DNA of 64,000 nt from Dehalococcoidia bacterium. Lineage in GTDB: Bacteria > Chloroflexota > Dehalococcoidia > SZUA-161 > SpSt-899. Each line of letters starts with the position of its first letter. Position 1 is the first letter of the stretch. This document shows, in pieces, positions 20,244 through 29,889 of this stretch. The notes under the pieces were generated by a model that saw only the letters and a program-made list of their open reading frames with translations, was not told the DNA's origin and did no database searches. A program made the position numbers and the translations under genes. The stretch covers positions 1,518,792-1,582,791 of the forward strand of contig JBGLNL010000001.1 of NCBI GenBank assembly GCA_041300025.1. Reading direction: 5' to 3'.

Positions 20244-21152
20244 TTATTTTCCACCTTTACTTTTTTTCTTGGTGATGCTGCTTTTATGAGCCCCGGAATC
20301 AGCTTCTTTTTCAGGTTTGTTTTCAGGAGAAGTCTTTATTTGGGGATCTTCTTTGGCAATCCCCGTTTTTTGATTTCCGCAGAGAGCACTGCCGGCTGTT
20401 GCCGCTGCCGGGGACGAGCGAGGTATAAATCGCCGGAATATGTCTTCCACACCTCCCCAATTGCCGGCGATGAAACGCTGTACGACCATTCGGAAGACTG
20501 TCATAACTACTATGTAAAGCGCCAGCCCGCTGGGAAAACTCAAGAAAATGAACCCGAGAAAAAGAGGCATCATCCACTGCATCATTTGCTGCATCTGCTG
20601 CTGTTTGGGATCGGGCGAAGGGTTAGTGGACATTTTTTGTGAGATCCACATGCTGATCATGATAAGTATGACCATGAAGAAATTAGGCTGGCTTAAGTCC
20701 AGACCAAGGAAGATGCTTTCCGGCGGTACCCCTTCCTGCACAAAACCCCAGTTGTAGATGTGTTTTGATAACCCGATCAAGTGATTAGGCGTTGTCGGCA
20801 GGGTTTGAATTATCCCCTGATAAAGCGCAATTATAATCGGCATCTGAATTATCAATGGCATGGCGCAGCCGATAGGATTGATTCTCTCTTCTTTGTAGAG
20901 TTTCATTATCTCCTGCTGCTGCTTTTGCTTGTCCTTGCTGTACTTCTTTTGTATCTCCTGCATTTTGGGCTGCAGCGTCTGCATCTTTTTCATGGAGCGG
21001 GTTTGCTGGATGGTGAGGGGTAGAATGATCAGGTTAACGATAATGGTTATACCGATGATAGCCAGCCCAAGGCTGTTATCGAACAGATGGGAAAGCATCA
21101 TCAGCACATTGATGAAAGGGTCGATAAGGATTGCATCAAAAAGTTCGCCCAA
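20244..21152 (-). CDS. yidC: Membrane protein insertase YidC
   Basis: LQPKMQEIQKKY, GCAMPLIIQMPI, PSGLALY; upstream of jag. Confidence 0.95.
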   Translation of the reverse strand: MGELFDAILIDPFINVLMMLSHLFDNSLGLAIIGITIIVNLIILPLTIQQTRSMKKMQTLQPKMQEIQKKYSKDKQKQQQEIMKLYKEERINPIGCAMPLIIQMPIIIALYQGIIQTLPTTPNHLIGLSKHIYNWGFVQEGVPPESIFLGLDLSQPNFFMVILIMISMWISQKMSTNPSPDPKQQQMQQMMQWMMPLFLGFIFLSFPSGLALYIVVMTVFRMVVQRFIAGNWGGVEDIFRRFIPRSSPAAATAGSALCGNQKTGIAKEDPQIKTSPENKPEKEADSGAHKSSITKKKSKGGK

Positions 21153-21163
21153 AGTTTTCCCCG

Positions 21164-22050
21164 TTAATCCTGATTGAGTTCAACCGGCTGGGGCCATATT
21201 TCCACGCCCTTCTCGCCGTTTACAGCATGCACTTTGCTGTCTTTATCAAGGAAATAAACCGTGGTTCCGGATACATACGGATCTGCCATGATGTCATCAT
21301 CAAAAGCTATCGGACGCCATGCCTGCATTCCGTCTTCCAGATTGAGCCCGTAAACATGGTCATCCTGTGAACCGATCAACAAAACATCACCGACGATGGC
21401 TGGCCTGGCTCTGATCCTGTCCCCACTTTCGGTTGAATACGGATTCCCCCATTGCGTTTTCATCTCCCCGGAACTGGCATCGAGGGCATAAACGCTCCCT
21501 CCGAAAGAGCCGAAAAAGATCGTTCCTTCATGGAAAAGGGCTTGAGTCCAGACCCAGTTGTCTGTTTCAAATTCCCATCGGGTGCGACCCTCTTCGGTAA
21601 TATCAAGCGCGTAGAATTGATTATTCAGGGTACCTATGTAAAGGGTATCATCGACGATTAGCGGCGTGGAAGCGATGGCCCCGGAAAATCCCTTTTCCCA
21701 TTTGTTCTCTCCGGTTTCCAAGTCCACCGCATAAACTTTGTGACCGAGGGTTCCAAAATAAATTATGCTATCTGAGATCACGGGTGTGCACCAGATTTTG
21801 CCGCTGGCATCGAAGGGTTTATCCCATAATGGCACACCTTTTTGAGCATCAAGTTTGTAGATTTTGTCTCCGGAAGCGATTATCAGTGCATTCCCGGCAA
21901 TGGCAGGGCTACCAACGATCTGGTGATTGGTGATGTAGTCCCATTTCTTTGCGCCGGTTGTGGTATCCAGTGCGTAAACTTCACCAATATAAGTGCTGGC
22001 ATAGAGCAAACTGCCGGAAACAACTGGTGCGGCAAAGGAGGTCAACTGGG
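21164..22050 (-). CDS. PQQ-type beta-propeller repeat protein, C-terminal part
   Basis: Repeated VYALD..TG..KW motifs; fused in frame to the next fragment at probable junction ~22050. Confidence 0.8.
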
Positions 22051-23056
22051 GTGCGGAGGAAGCTGAATTAATCCCGGCATCAATGCAAACCGAATCGGGC
22101 TGCAAATGGAAATCTGCGTTTTCAGGGTCGACGAATACCGGGGTTCCGCTGATGTTGCCGGGCCCGATCCATCCCCCCCACACATCGGAGTAGGTTACGT
22201 ATGGAGAGGCAACACTATTATATATTTCATGTCCGGAGCTGCTGGAGTTATCTCCCCAGAGTATACAATTGGTAATTACAGGCAGGGAGTAATTGAAGTT
22301 GGCTATCCCCCCACCACAGTATGCGGAATTACCGTATATAGTGCAATTGGTGAGTACGGGGGAGGACTGGTTGCCGTTAAATATTGCTCCCCCATATTGC
22401 GCATCATTTCTGTAGAATATGCAGTTGGTAATTGCAGGTGATGATTTCTCATTATACATCCCACCACCATCAGCAAAAGCATGGTTATCCTGGAAAATAC
22501 AATTAATTATGGCAGGAGAGCCGCTTGAGTTGTATATGCCCCCACCATAAGCATGAGACCCAACACCGTTGGCATTGCCGCCGGTGATGGTGAATCCATC
22601 TAGAACAGCGGTGTTATCGAGGCTGGTGCCAGCAGGATGATAGAAAACATGATAGCAATTATCGGTTATGGTACCTTGATCGCCAATATCACCGCTCAGG
22701 ATGGTTTTGTTATCATAGCAATTTCGCTGGTTAAGTGAAACCTCGGTTCCATTAAATCCCCCGTAGATTTTGACCCCTTTTTTCATCCGGAAGGAATCAG
22801 TGCGTGTTCCCGGACTCCCGGGATGCACTGGATTGTAAGTTCCGCAGGCTACCCAAATCTCATCCCCAGAGGTTGCCTGATCCAAAGCCACTTGAAGGTT
22901 ACCGCAGGCATTTGCCCATGACGAACCATCACCGCTTGAGCCATGCCTGACATAAATGGGATTCGCCTCGGCTCCGGTGAGCGGCGCAATAATTACCGCT
23001 ATGGCTATCCCCAATATCACGAGTAGAGCCAACATAAGAACGGTCATTCTATTCAT
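22050..23056 (-). CDS. Secreted pectin-lyase-like beta-helix protein, 3'-truncated
   Basis: Signal peptide, DGSSWANA, GGGIYN repeats, DFHLQPDSVCIDAG. Confidence 0.75.
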
Positions 23057-23155
23057 AATGTCTATTAAACCACTTTTATTTGATGCTTAATGAAACTGTA
23101 GATATCCACAATTCCCTTTAAGTTACTACTCGTTGAAGACAAGCACCTTATCAAA

Positions 23156-23191
23156 AAAGGGCAAACCACCCCTCTTGGGCGGTTGCCCTTT
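23156..23191. terminator. Intrinsic terminator-like hairpin
   Basis: AAAGGGCAAACCACCC...GGGCGGTTGCCCTTT downstream of the 23228-23368 gene. Confidence 0.6.
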
Positions 23192-23227
23192 CTTTAAATT
23201 ACCTGTTTGACTGATGCAGAGTTGTCT

Positions 23228-23368
23228 TTAGCCCTTACCGATGCGGAAAACCTTGGTGCCGCAAACGGGGCAAACACCCTTGGTGGCCGGTCTCTTGTTC
23301 TTCAGAGTCACTTTCTGCGGGTTCTTGATCTCCACTTTCTTCCGGCACTTCATGCAATATGCGGTCAT
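23228..23368 (-). CDS. DUF5679-like small basic Zn-ribbon protein
   Basis: MTAYCMKCR...KGVCPVCGTKVFRIG, 46 aa. Confidence 0.85.
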   Translation of the reverse strand: MTAYCMKCRKKVEIKNPQKVTLKNKRPATKGVCPVCGTKVFRIGKG

Positions 23369-23489
23369 AACTGCACCCCCTTTGACACGAAGGTTACACG
23401 ATTGGAGCCAGAATGTCAAGAGGGAACAATCGGAAATTTTGCTTTCTTAATAAAAATCTATAGAAAAACCGAAGGGAAATCGGGTAATC

Positions 23490-23996
23490 TCACTTTCCTT
23501 CTCCACTGGTAAATCTGCCGTCGTCCTTAGCCGTTGCCAGTTTATGTATGTTGCGTTCAAGCCAGCCATTCCTCTCTGCATCCCTTGCATCGAATTGGGG
23601 CACGTAAGGCTTGATATCCAGAAGCGGCGTCCCATCCACAATATCAATACCCTGAATATGAAGTGTTCTCCCTTCAACCCTGTTAAGCCGCACAGTTGAA
23701 ATGCCTATTGAATTCGGCCTGCTTGGGCCTCGCATGGCAAAGACCCCGTGCGATTCATCGTCCATATAGGGTTTCACTTCCAGTGGTGATTCAGCGGATA
23801 AGTGAAAGTGATATATCAGGATAATATGAGAAAAACCCTCGATATCCTTCAATCCCTCAGCATATGCAGGAAAGATTTCAACTGTTCCCTCAATCTCCTC
23901 GCCGCCGGGTGGCTGTATAGGAGTGCCCTTCGTTTCTTTAAAGGGAGAGCGAATGATCCCTATCGATGTATATTCTATTTTCTGAGGTTGCCACAT
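23490..23996 (-). CDS. tsaA: tRNA m6t6A37 methyltransferase TrmO/TsaA family
   Basis: IGIIRSPF, GVFAMRGPSRPNSIG, DGTPLLDIKPY. Confidence 0.92.
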   Translation of the reverse strand: MWQPQKIEYTSIGIIRSPFKETKGTPIQPPGGEEIEGTVEIFPAYAEGLKDIEGFSHIILIYHFHLSAESPLEVKPYMDDESHGVFAMRGPSRPNSIGISTVRLNRVEGRTLHIQGIDIVDGTPLLDIKPYVPQFDARDAERNGWLERNIHKLATAKDDGRFTSGEGK

Positions 23997-24016
23997 TCAT
24001 CGGTTACCAGCATTTA

Positions 24017-24544
24017 TTATAACTTACTCAACAGTTGCGCTAGCCTTTCGGTTGAATTTCCCATTTCATCGGATGCCTGCAATAAACTATTGTAAGAAGG
24101 ATCATTTTTCATTTCCTCGGCTTTGGCCGTCCACTTCTTGAAACGCTCGCTGTCCTGCCTGTTATGATCCACCCAGGACGACAGAATATTTTTAAGTTTG
24201 CTTTTCTCGTCAGTGGGATACTTGCCGATGATCTCATCAACCTTTGCCCTTATCTGCCCTTCGGGAACCGCTCCCAGTATTTCATCTACCTTCTCGCCCT
24301 CAGCGAAGAACATCTGCATCGGTATGCTCATTATCTGGTATCTTGCTGCAGTCTGCTGATTCTCATCCACATTGATCTTGCAGAATTTGAAATCATCGTA
24401 CTCCGCAGCCAGCTTGTCATATATTGGCGATACCATCCGGCATGGCCCGCACCAGGGTGCCCAGAAATCAACCTCCGTGGGCACTTCCGATCTCAGCACC
24501 TCCTCCTCAAATGTCTGGTCGGTGACTTCCACTACTTTTGCCAT
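24017..24544 (-). CDS. trxA: Thioredoxin with a ~65 aa C-terminal helical extension
   Basis: WAPWCGPC active site, IMSIP; extra tail after GKYPT. Confidence 0.9.
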   Translation of the reverse strand: MAKVVEVTDQTFEEEVLRSEVPTEVDFWAPWCGPCRMVSPIYDKLAAEYDDFKFCKINVDENQQTAARYQIMSIPMQMFFAEGEKVDEILGAVPEGQIRAKVDEIIGKYPTDEKSKLKNILSSWVDHNRQDSERFKKWTAKAEEMKNDPSYNSLLQASDEMGNSTERLAQLLSKL

Positions 24545-24901
24545 AAATCCTCCTTTTTGATGATTAAGCATTCAATTATTATTTTACAATGCGCAAATTT
24601 TTCTATAGCATATTCCCTGTGATGGCTTCTTTTACTGCTTTCGATCCGGCTATCGAGTTTTTCTCTGGCCATGCGAGAAAAAGACATCTGCCTGAGACTT
24701 CTGTGGAGCGACCACTCCAGATTGAATACACTTAAGGGCCCTTACCTGATACAGTTTCGCTAAGAACTGAACCGAGTATAACACCCATCCGAATCTCCAA
24801 ACAATATCCGTAAAAATCTCAATATTGGCAATTGGTGGCAATTCCCGGTGCACATGGCATTTGTCTGACTGGCCCAAGCTTCTGCGGGGCACTTATTTGC
24901 C

Positions 24902-24931
24902 TTGACACCCCATAAGCCCATGTGATAAATT
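24902..24931 (+). promoter_or_regulatory. Sigma70-like promoter upstream of etfB
   Basis: TTGACA followed by TGnTAAATT. Confidence 0.5.
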
Positions 24932-25016
24932 CAAAAGGGGATTTCCTCGCACTTTGGTTCATTTTAGGGCCAAAGTGTTTTAAAGTGGTCATTTAGACAA
25001 AAGGGAGGGTTGCATT

Positions 25017-25500
25017 ATGAACATGATAGTCTGTGTCAAGCAGGTGCTTGATCCCGAAACGCCAGCGGCATCCTTCAAGATCGATCCTGAGGCCAAGAAG
25101 GCTGTGGCATCTAAAGATGTGGAAATGGTTATCAATCCTTTCTGTGAAAATGCTGTGGAAGCTGCTCTGAAGGTTAAGGATGCCAGCGGAGGCAAAGTTA
25201 GAATACTCTCCATGGGTGGTGCTTCGGCAAAGGAAGTCATCAAGCACAGTCTGGCTATGGGCGGAGATGAAGGCTATCAATTGACTGACCCTGCTTTCAT
25301 CGATTCCGATTCCTACGCTACTGCTGCCACCCTTGCTGAGGCCATCAAGAAGATAGGCGAGTACGACATGATTTTCTGTGGCAGGCAGGAAGGTGACTGG
25401 GATGCCGGTCAGGTCGGTTGCGGGATTGCGGAGATATTGGGCATTCCAAGTGTGACCGCTGTCCAGAAGGTGGAAGCAATCGACGGGAAAGCCAGAGTCA
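25017..25500 (+). CDS. etfB: Electron transfer flavoprotein beta subunit, 3'-truncated
   Basis: VCVKQV.D, INPF, AMGGD, GRQEGDWDAGQVG. Confidence 0.95.
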
Positions 25501-25563
25501 TTTGCTCACCGGTTATCAAATAGATTCCCTTGCGCAATAGAGCCAACTCATCTAAGATATACC

Positions 25564-26352
25564 TTGATGATTAGGCATCCCGATTATTCCATTCTCGATG
25601 ATCCGCGGCTGCTTCAGTTCGTCTTTTTCCCGCGCCCGGACTGGACTCGACCGCCTGCCGGGGCCAGCGATCACCACATCCCGGTGGAGAAGGGTGTTTC
25701 CGTTTTTTGCCGATTCTATCCGGTTAGCCAGACTGCCCGGACGATCCTTTATTTCCACGGCAACGGCGAGGTGGCTTGTGACTACGACGGAATCGCGCCT
25801 TTCTACAATGAAATCGGGGTTAACCTGTTCGTAGCGGATTATCGCGGATACGGGCCCAGCGGAGGCGAGCCCTCTTTCGCCGGCATCGCCGCCGATGCCC
25901 ATCACATTTTCCGGTACTTCGAAACCATGCTTCATTCCGGTGGATACGCCGCCCCCGTTTATGTAATGGGCCGCTCGCTGGGGAGCCAATCGGCGATGGA
26001 ACTGGCCGCAAGCTACCCTGACCGGATCAGAGGATTGATTCTGGAAAGCGGCTTCCTGCAAAGCGCTCGTCTATTGCGGAACCTGGGATTGTCTGTATCA
26101 ATACCCAGCCTCGATGAGTTTGAGCGATCCAGCCTGAATTTCATCAGGGGCATTACCATGCCCGTTCTCATAATTCACGGTGAACTCGATGTGCTTGTTC
26201 CTCACATTGAGGCCGAGACCATTTTCGATCATATTGGCTCAAGGGAGAAAAAGCTGGTAACTATCGATCGGGCCGGGCACAACGATATACTCATTCTGGG
26301 AATGGAACGCTATTTTGCTGTGATCAGAGAGTTTATTTTTCTGGGAGGTTGA
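25564..26352 (+). CDS. Alpha/beta hydrolase
   Basis: FHGNGE, DYRGYG, GRSLG, HGELD, GHND. Confidence 0.9.
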   Translation: MMIRHPDYSILDDPRLLQFVFFPRPDWTRPPAGASDHHIPVEKGVSVFCRFYPVSQTARTILYFHGNGEVACDYDGIAPFYNEIGVNLFVADYRGYGPSGGEPSFAGIAADAHHIFRYFETMLHSGGYAAPVYVMGRSLGSQSAMELAASYPDRIRGLILESGFLQSARLLRNLGLSVSIPSLDEFERSSLNFIRGITMPVLIIHGELDVLVPHIEAETIFDHIGSREKKLVTIDRAGHNDILILGMERYFAVIREFIFLGG

Positions 26353-26358
26353 CATAAC

Positions 26359-26532
26359 ATGGGCAATGGGATTGAGCAGAGGATCAAAGAATCGCTTGTC
26401 AATAAGAAACTACCGTGCGCCAATGCTTTGAGGATTGCGGATGAACTCGACGTACCGCCCAAGCTGGTAAAGGAAACCGCTGATGAAATGGGGATTAAAA
26501 TATCGAGCTGCCAGCTTGGCTGTTTCCCTTGA
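26359..26532 (+). CDS. Small conserved Cys-containing protein (57 aa)
   Basis: Not in ORF track; LPCANALRIADEL...IKISSCQLGCF. Confidence 0.75.
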   Translation: MGNGIEQRIKESLVNKKLPCANALRIADELDVPPKLVKETADEMGIKISSCQLGCFP

Positions 26533-26580
26533 GTTTATTATTAATGTGGCAATAAATAAGAGACAAATTTGCCAAATAAT

Positions 26581-26628
26581 GTAATCCCCGTCCCTTATCG
26601 GGTACGGGATAAAATCTGGCGGGAATCC
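26581..26628. repeat. REP-like hairpin (GGATTCCCGCC type)
   Basis: CCCGT...ACGGG inner palindrome plus GGCGGGAATCC arm shared with 52819-52889. Confidence 0.5.
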
Positions 26629-26660
26629 ATAATGGAGCGGGGGTGACCCACCCCTTAGTA

Positions 26661-26895
26661 AGGCTGTCCAAAAAGAGGTGCAGGGTGCTTCCTGCCGGGG
26701 GCTTTGGGGGTGTCCCCCAATACAAACTCAGGCTGTCCGAAAACCTCAAAAAAGGTGTCATTCTGAGGAATTTATGACGAAGAATCTCCGAGGATCAGCT
26801 TCAAAAGAGATTCTTCACTGTGTTCATAAATGACATACCTGGGAGTTTTTAGACAACCTCTTGGGGGGGTTGAAAAAGAGTTTTCAGACAGCCTG
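26661..26895. mobile_element. MITE-like element, copy 2, with a nested inner element
   Basis: Outer ends AGGCTGTCCAAAAA / TTTTCAGACAGCCT; inner element 26729-26859 with its own inverted ends. Confidence 0.7.
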
Positions 26896-26898
26896 ATC

Positions 26899-26935
26899 GG
26901 ATTCCGGGTCGGAGGCCGGAATGACATATCATATT
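26899..26935. repeat. GTCATTCC-type REP arm
   Basis: Reverse complement matches 52809-52845 at 35/37. Confidence 0.7.
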
Positions 26936-26969
26936 AAATCTGCCGGAAGACCCAAGGAAAGGGGGGCAC

Positions 26970-27377
26970 ATGTTCAAGCGAACCCATGTTTTCCGGGTAA
27001 AGCCTGATGAGGAACTGGCCGGGGCGATAGCCAGCTATTGCCGGCAGCACAAAATCAGCTCCGGCGTCATTATCGGGCTGATAGGCTCTCTGCGGAGTGC
27101 CAGACTGAGTTATCTCAAGGGGTTGCCGGGCAAATATGAAACTGAGTCGTATCAGGGCCCGATGGAGATCGTATGCGCTCAGGGGTCGGTGGCACTTAAG
27201 GGTGATGACCTTATCGTGCATATCCACATGCAGCTTGGGACTCAAAAGGGTTGTTTTGGAGGGCACCTGGCGGAGGCGATCGTTTTCTCCACTGCCGAAG
27301 TGGTTATCGGAGAGCTTGATTTCCAGCTTCAGCGCTATGCGGACGACTACACCGGTCTGAATGAACTGATTTCTTAA
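26970..27377 (+). CDS. DUF296/PPC domain protein
   Basis: IGSL, HIHMQLG, GGHL, TAEVVI. Confidence 0.9.
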   Translation: MFKRTHVFRVKPDEELAGAIASYCRQHKISSGVIIGLIGSLRSARLSYLKGLPGKYETESYQGPMEIVCAQGSVALKGDDLIVHIHMQLGTQKGCFGGHLAEAIVFSTAEVVIGELDFQLQRYADDYTGLNELIS

Positions 27378-27388
27378 GTTGCGGTACA

Positions 27389-27970
27389 ATGCAATCTGTA
27401 GTAGAGCAGAGATTTTTAGAATGGACCGCTGGCAGAACCCCGATTGAGGCCAGAATCAGTATCTATGAGCAAATCCGCGATATCCCTTATGCCATTATCC
27501 CGGAACTCAACTCCCCCGCCAATTATTCCCGAATACTTAATCTGGGGAAAGGCTCCTGCACTCCCAAGCACCTGCTGCTGGCCGACATGTTCGAAAGGCT
27601 GGGAATCATGGTGCTGCTGGCCGTTTACCCTTTCCGATGGACGGATGTTGAGATTGATTTCCCTGCGGAGATAAAGGCGTTTATCGATAGGCTTCCCGAT
27701 GATTATCACATGGCCTGCAAAGCTGAGATAGATGGAAGATTAGTGCTCGTCGATGCCACAGTCGATGCGCCTCTTGAGAGACTGGGTCTGCCGGTCACCA
27801 GAAACTGGGATGGTTTTAGCGATACCTTTCGGGCTGTTGAACCCGCAGGAGAGGAGCAGCTTTTTCATCCTTCGGAAGCGAGATTCATCAACAGCGTGAT
27901 GATGGATGAAGCCCACCTTGAATTCTTTCAAAAACTCAATGCATGGCTGGATGAAGTTAGGGGCATCTGA
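27389..27970 (+). CDS. Transglutaminase-like protein
   Basis: GSCTPKH (Cys), DYHMAC (His), VDAT (Asp). Confidence 0.7.
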   Translation: MQSVVEQRFLEWTAGRTPIEARISIYEQIRDIPYAIIPELNSPANYSRILNLGKGSCTPKHLLLADMFERLGIMVLLAVYPFRWTDVEIDFPAEIKAFIDRLPDDYHMACKAEIDGRLVLVDATVDAPLERLGLPVTRNWDGFSDTFRAVEPAGEEQLFHPSEARFINSVMMDEAHLEFFQKLNAWLDEVRGI

Positions 27971-28792
27971 TTACTGCTCGGCCTCTTCCAGTTCCTCGCT
28001 CTTGTCTTCGGTAAGGTCTATATCGTAAAAGTCGCTGTTTTCCCCCGGCAGGATCATAAAGAACCCTGAGGTATAGTCGATGTATGCGGTGGCCTCTCGC
28101 ACGTCGATCTCAAGAACGTGTCCCCCGGCGCTTTTATCATCGGTGAGGAAGTGAAGGTGATAGCCGGGCACGCCAACCCCTTCCATATAGGGAGGAGAGC
28201 GGAAACCGGCTATGGTGCCCTTGATATCGCTGAATTCAAATGTTGGCTGGCTGGCGGTAACTTCGACCAGCGGAGGATAGGGTTTGGTCTGTCCGGGGAC
28301 ACTCCGGGTCTTGATATAATCAAAGGTTCCCTCGATTTTGATGGCATAGAAAATGTTTTGGGTGGGTATTGAATTGTCAATGTAATTATCCAGGTTATCG
28401 TAGGTTATTTCATCATCCAGTTCGATGGTTTTATCCACATCGAAAAACACCATCTGAGCAAACGGGGTGGACATCGAATCGCTGACTTCATAGGCCAGAC
28501 CATCAGCTTTGATCTGGTAGAAGTCCCCGCCGAAAGCTATCATTTCACCATCGAGGCCCTCGAACGTTCCCAGCCCGAAATCGCCGTATCCTTTTAAATC
28601 GCCATACGAGATTACCCCATCGTAGATTCCGTTGAGCAGGGCATCGATTGTTGAAATTTGAGTAAGAGTTTCCGCATATTCGTTCATGGTTTCCGGGGTG
28701 AGCTTTTCCGGAGTGGCATCGTTCGAGCATCCGGTTACAGTTGTTAACAGCAGGAATAGGACAGCCGCTGTTAGCAGGCGTGATTTCTTCAT
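27971..28792 (-). CDS. budA: Alpha-acetolactate decarboxylase family protein with a lipoprotein signal
   Basis: GDFGLGTFEGLDGEM, TRSVP, GYHLHFL...GGHV; N-terminal lipobox VTGC. Confidence 0.88.
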   Translation of the reverse strand: MKKSRLLTAAVLFLLLTTVTGCSNDATPEKLTPETMNEYAETLTQISTIDALLNGIYDGVISYGDLKGYGDFGLGTFEGLDGEMIAFGGDFYQIKADGLAYEVSDSMSTPFAQMVFFDVDKTIELDDEITYDNLDNYIDNSIPTQNIFYAIKIEGTFDYIKTRSVPGQTKPYPPLVEVTASQPTFEFSDIKGTIAGFRSPPYMEGVGVPGYHLHFLTDDKSAGGHVLEIDVREATAYIDYTSGFFMILPGENSDFYDIDLTEDKSEELEEAEQ

Positions 28793-28808
28793 GAAGTCTT
28801 TACTCCCT

Positions 28809-28935
28809 TTAACCCTTGATAACCCCTATGGGCCGGGCTTTCAAAACCTTACGCGATATTCCCGCACCATCGGTTACTTCAACGACGTCTGAAACATCTT
28901 TGTAAGCCTGTGATGCTTCTTCAACCAGCGCCCCA
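28809..28935 (-). CDS. rtcB: RtcB family RNA ligase, extreme C-terminus only
   Basis: [15 protein letters not shown]...RPIGVIKG*. Confidence 0.85.
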
Positions 28936-29684
28936 TAAGAGATGTAATCGAATCCTTCAAAATTGATACTATAGTTGATGAGCAGGCGGCAGGAGGAGTC
29001 AACCGGAATCTCCCTTCCCAGTAAATGGAGTTTTTTATCTTGCACCGCATATTGCCCGGGAATGGGTTCAGAGAAATGGGTAAGGAGTATTGCCAGGCTG
29101 AACGAGGGATAGATATTACCGGAGCTATCCCTCTCCAGCAGGGAAACGCGCCGAACTACGCCATCGCGATCGGGTTCCAGATTTACATGACCTATGGTTG
29201 TACTGCCTTGTTGCAGCAGATTTACCGGGAAAAGGAAGTCACTATAGCTAGCAAATGGTTTTATCGAGGGCTGTCGATCTGAACCGGCGGCGGCCAGAAC
29301 TACATTACCGGCTGCTTCTATTGCAGACGCTAGAACCGGATCATCTTCAGAATCATCCAGAAAAAGCACATCATAACCAATTACCTTGGCTCTGGCCTGT
29401 CTCAAGTTATCGATCGCCTGGGCATGGAGGCTGCGAGACCACTCCGACCATTTGCCATAAGTTTCAAGGGTATCGTCATCAATTCCGATTACAACGATAT
29501 TTTTAGAGGGGGCCTCTGATGTGAAGAACTGGTCAGAGAGCCAGAGGTTTGCCCCGGTAGATGGCTGAACCAGAGTAGCTATTAGAGTGAAAAAACAACC
29601 AATAGCTAGAAGTACCACGGTATGGTAAAAGCGTTTGGTCTTACGGCGGCTTCTCAACAGGCCGGGGCTATTTTTGGTTTCCAC
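28935..29684 (-). CDS. CHASE2 domain protein, N-terminal fragment
   Basis: [31 protein letters not shown]. Confidence 0.88.
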
Positions 29685-29889
29685 TCACATTAACCCTTTG
29701 TTGTTAATCAGGGTATCTAGCGGATTATTATCGATTGGAATTTCGGGTCTGTCAAGTGATACTCCCCGTCTACCTTTATGACTTGTCCTCTTGATGGTGC
29801 CCATGTATTATTTATATCATACAGCTTCTTTCATATTGCTACTTTCCATCCACTGTTACAAAAAGAGGCATTCAAGTTGTGGGTAGTAA

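Noticed and set aside
21164-23056. 630 aa beta-helix + PQQ-repeat fusion upstream of yidC
   Set aside because: The fusion point (~22050) falls where the fragment spacing predicts a junction, and the beta-helix tail is cut short; probably a chance in-frame join.
24780-24860. Possible selenoprotein reading CQY-TGA on the minus strand
   Set aside because: No convincing start, SECIS element or recognisable family.
28809-29684. CHASE2-RtcB fusion
   Set aside because: Only the last ~40 aa of RtcB are present, joined at the predicted junction ~28935.
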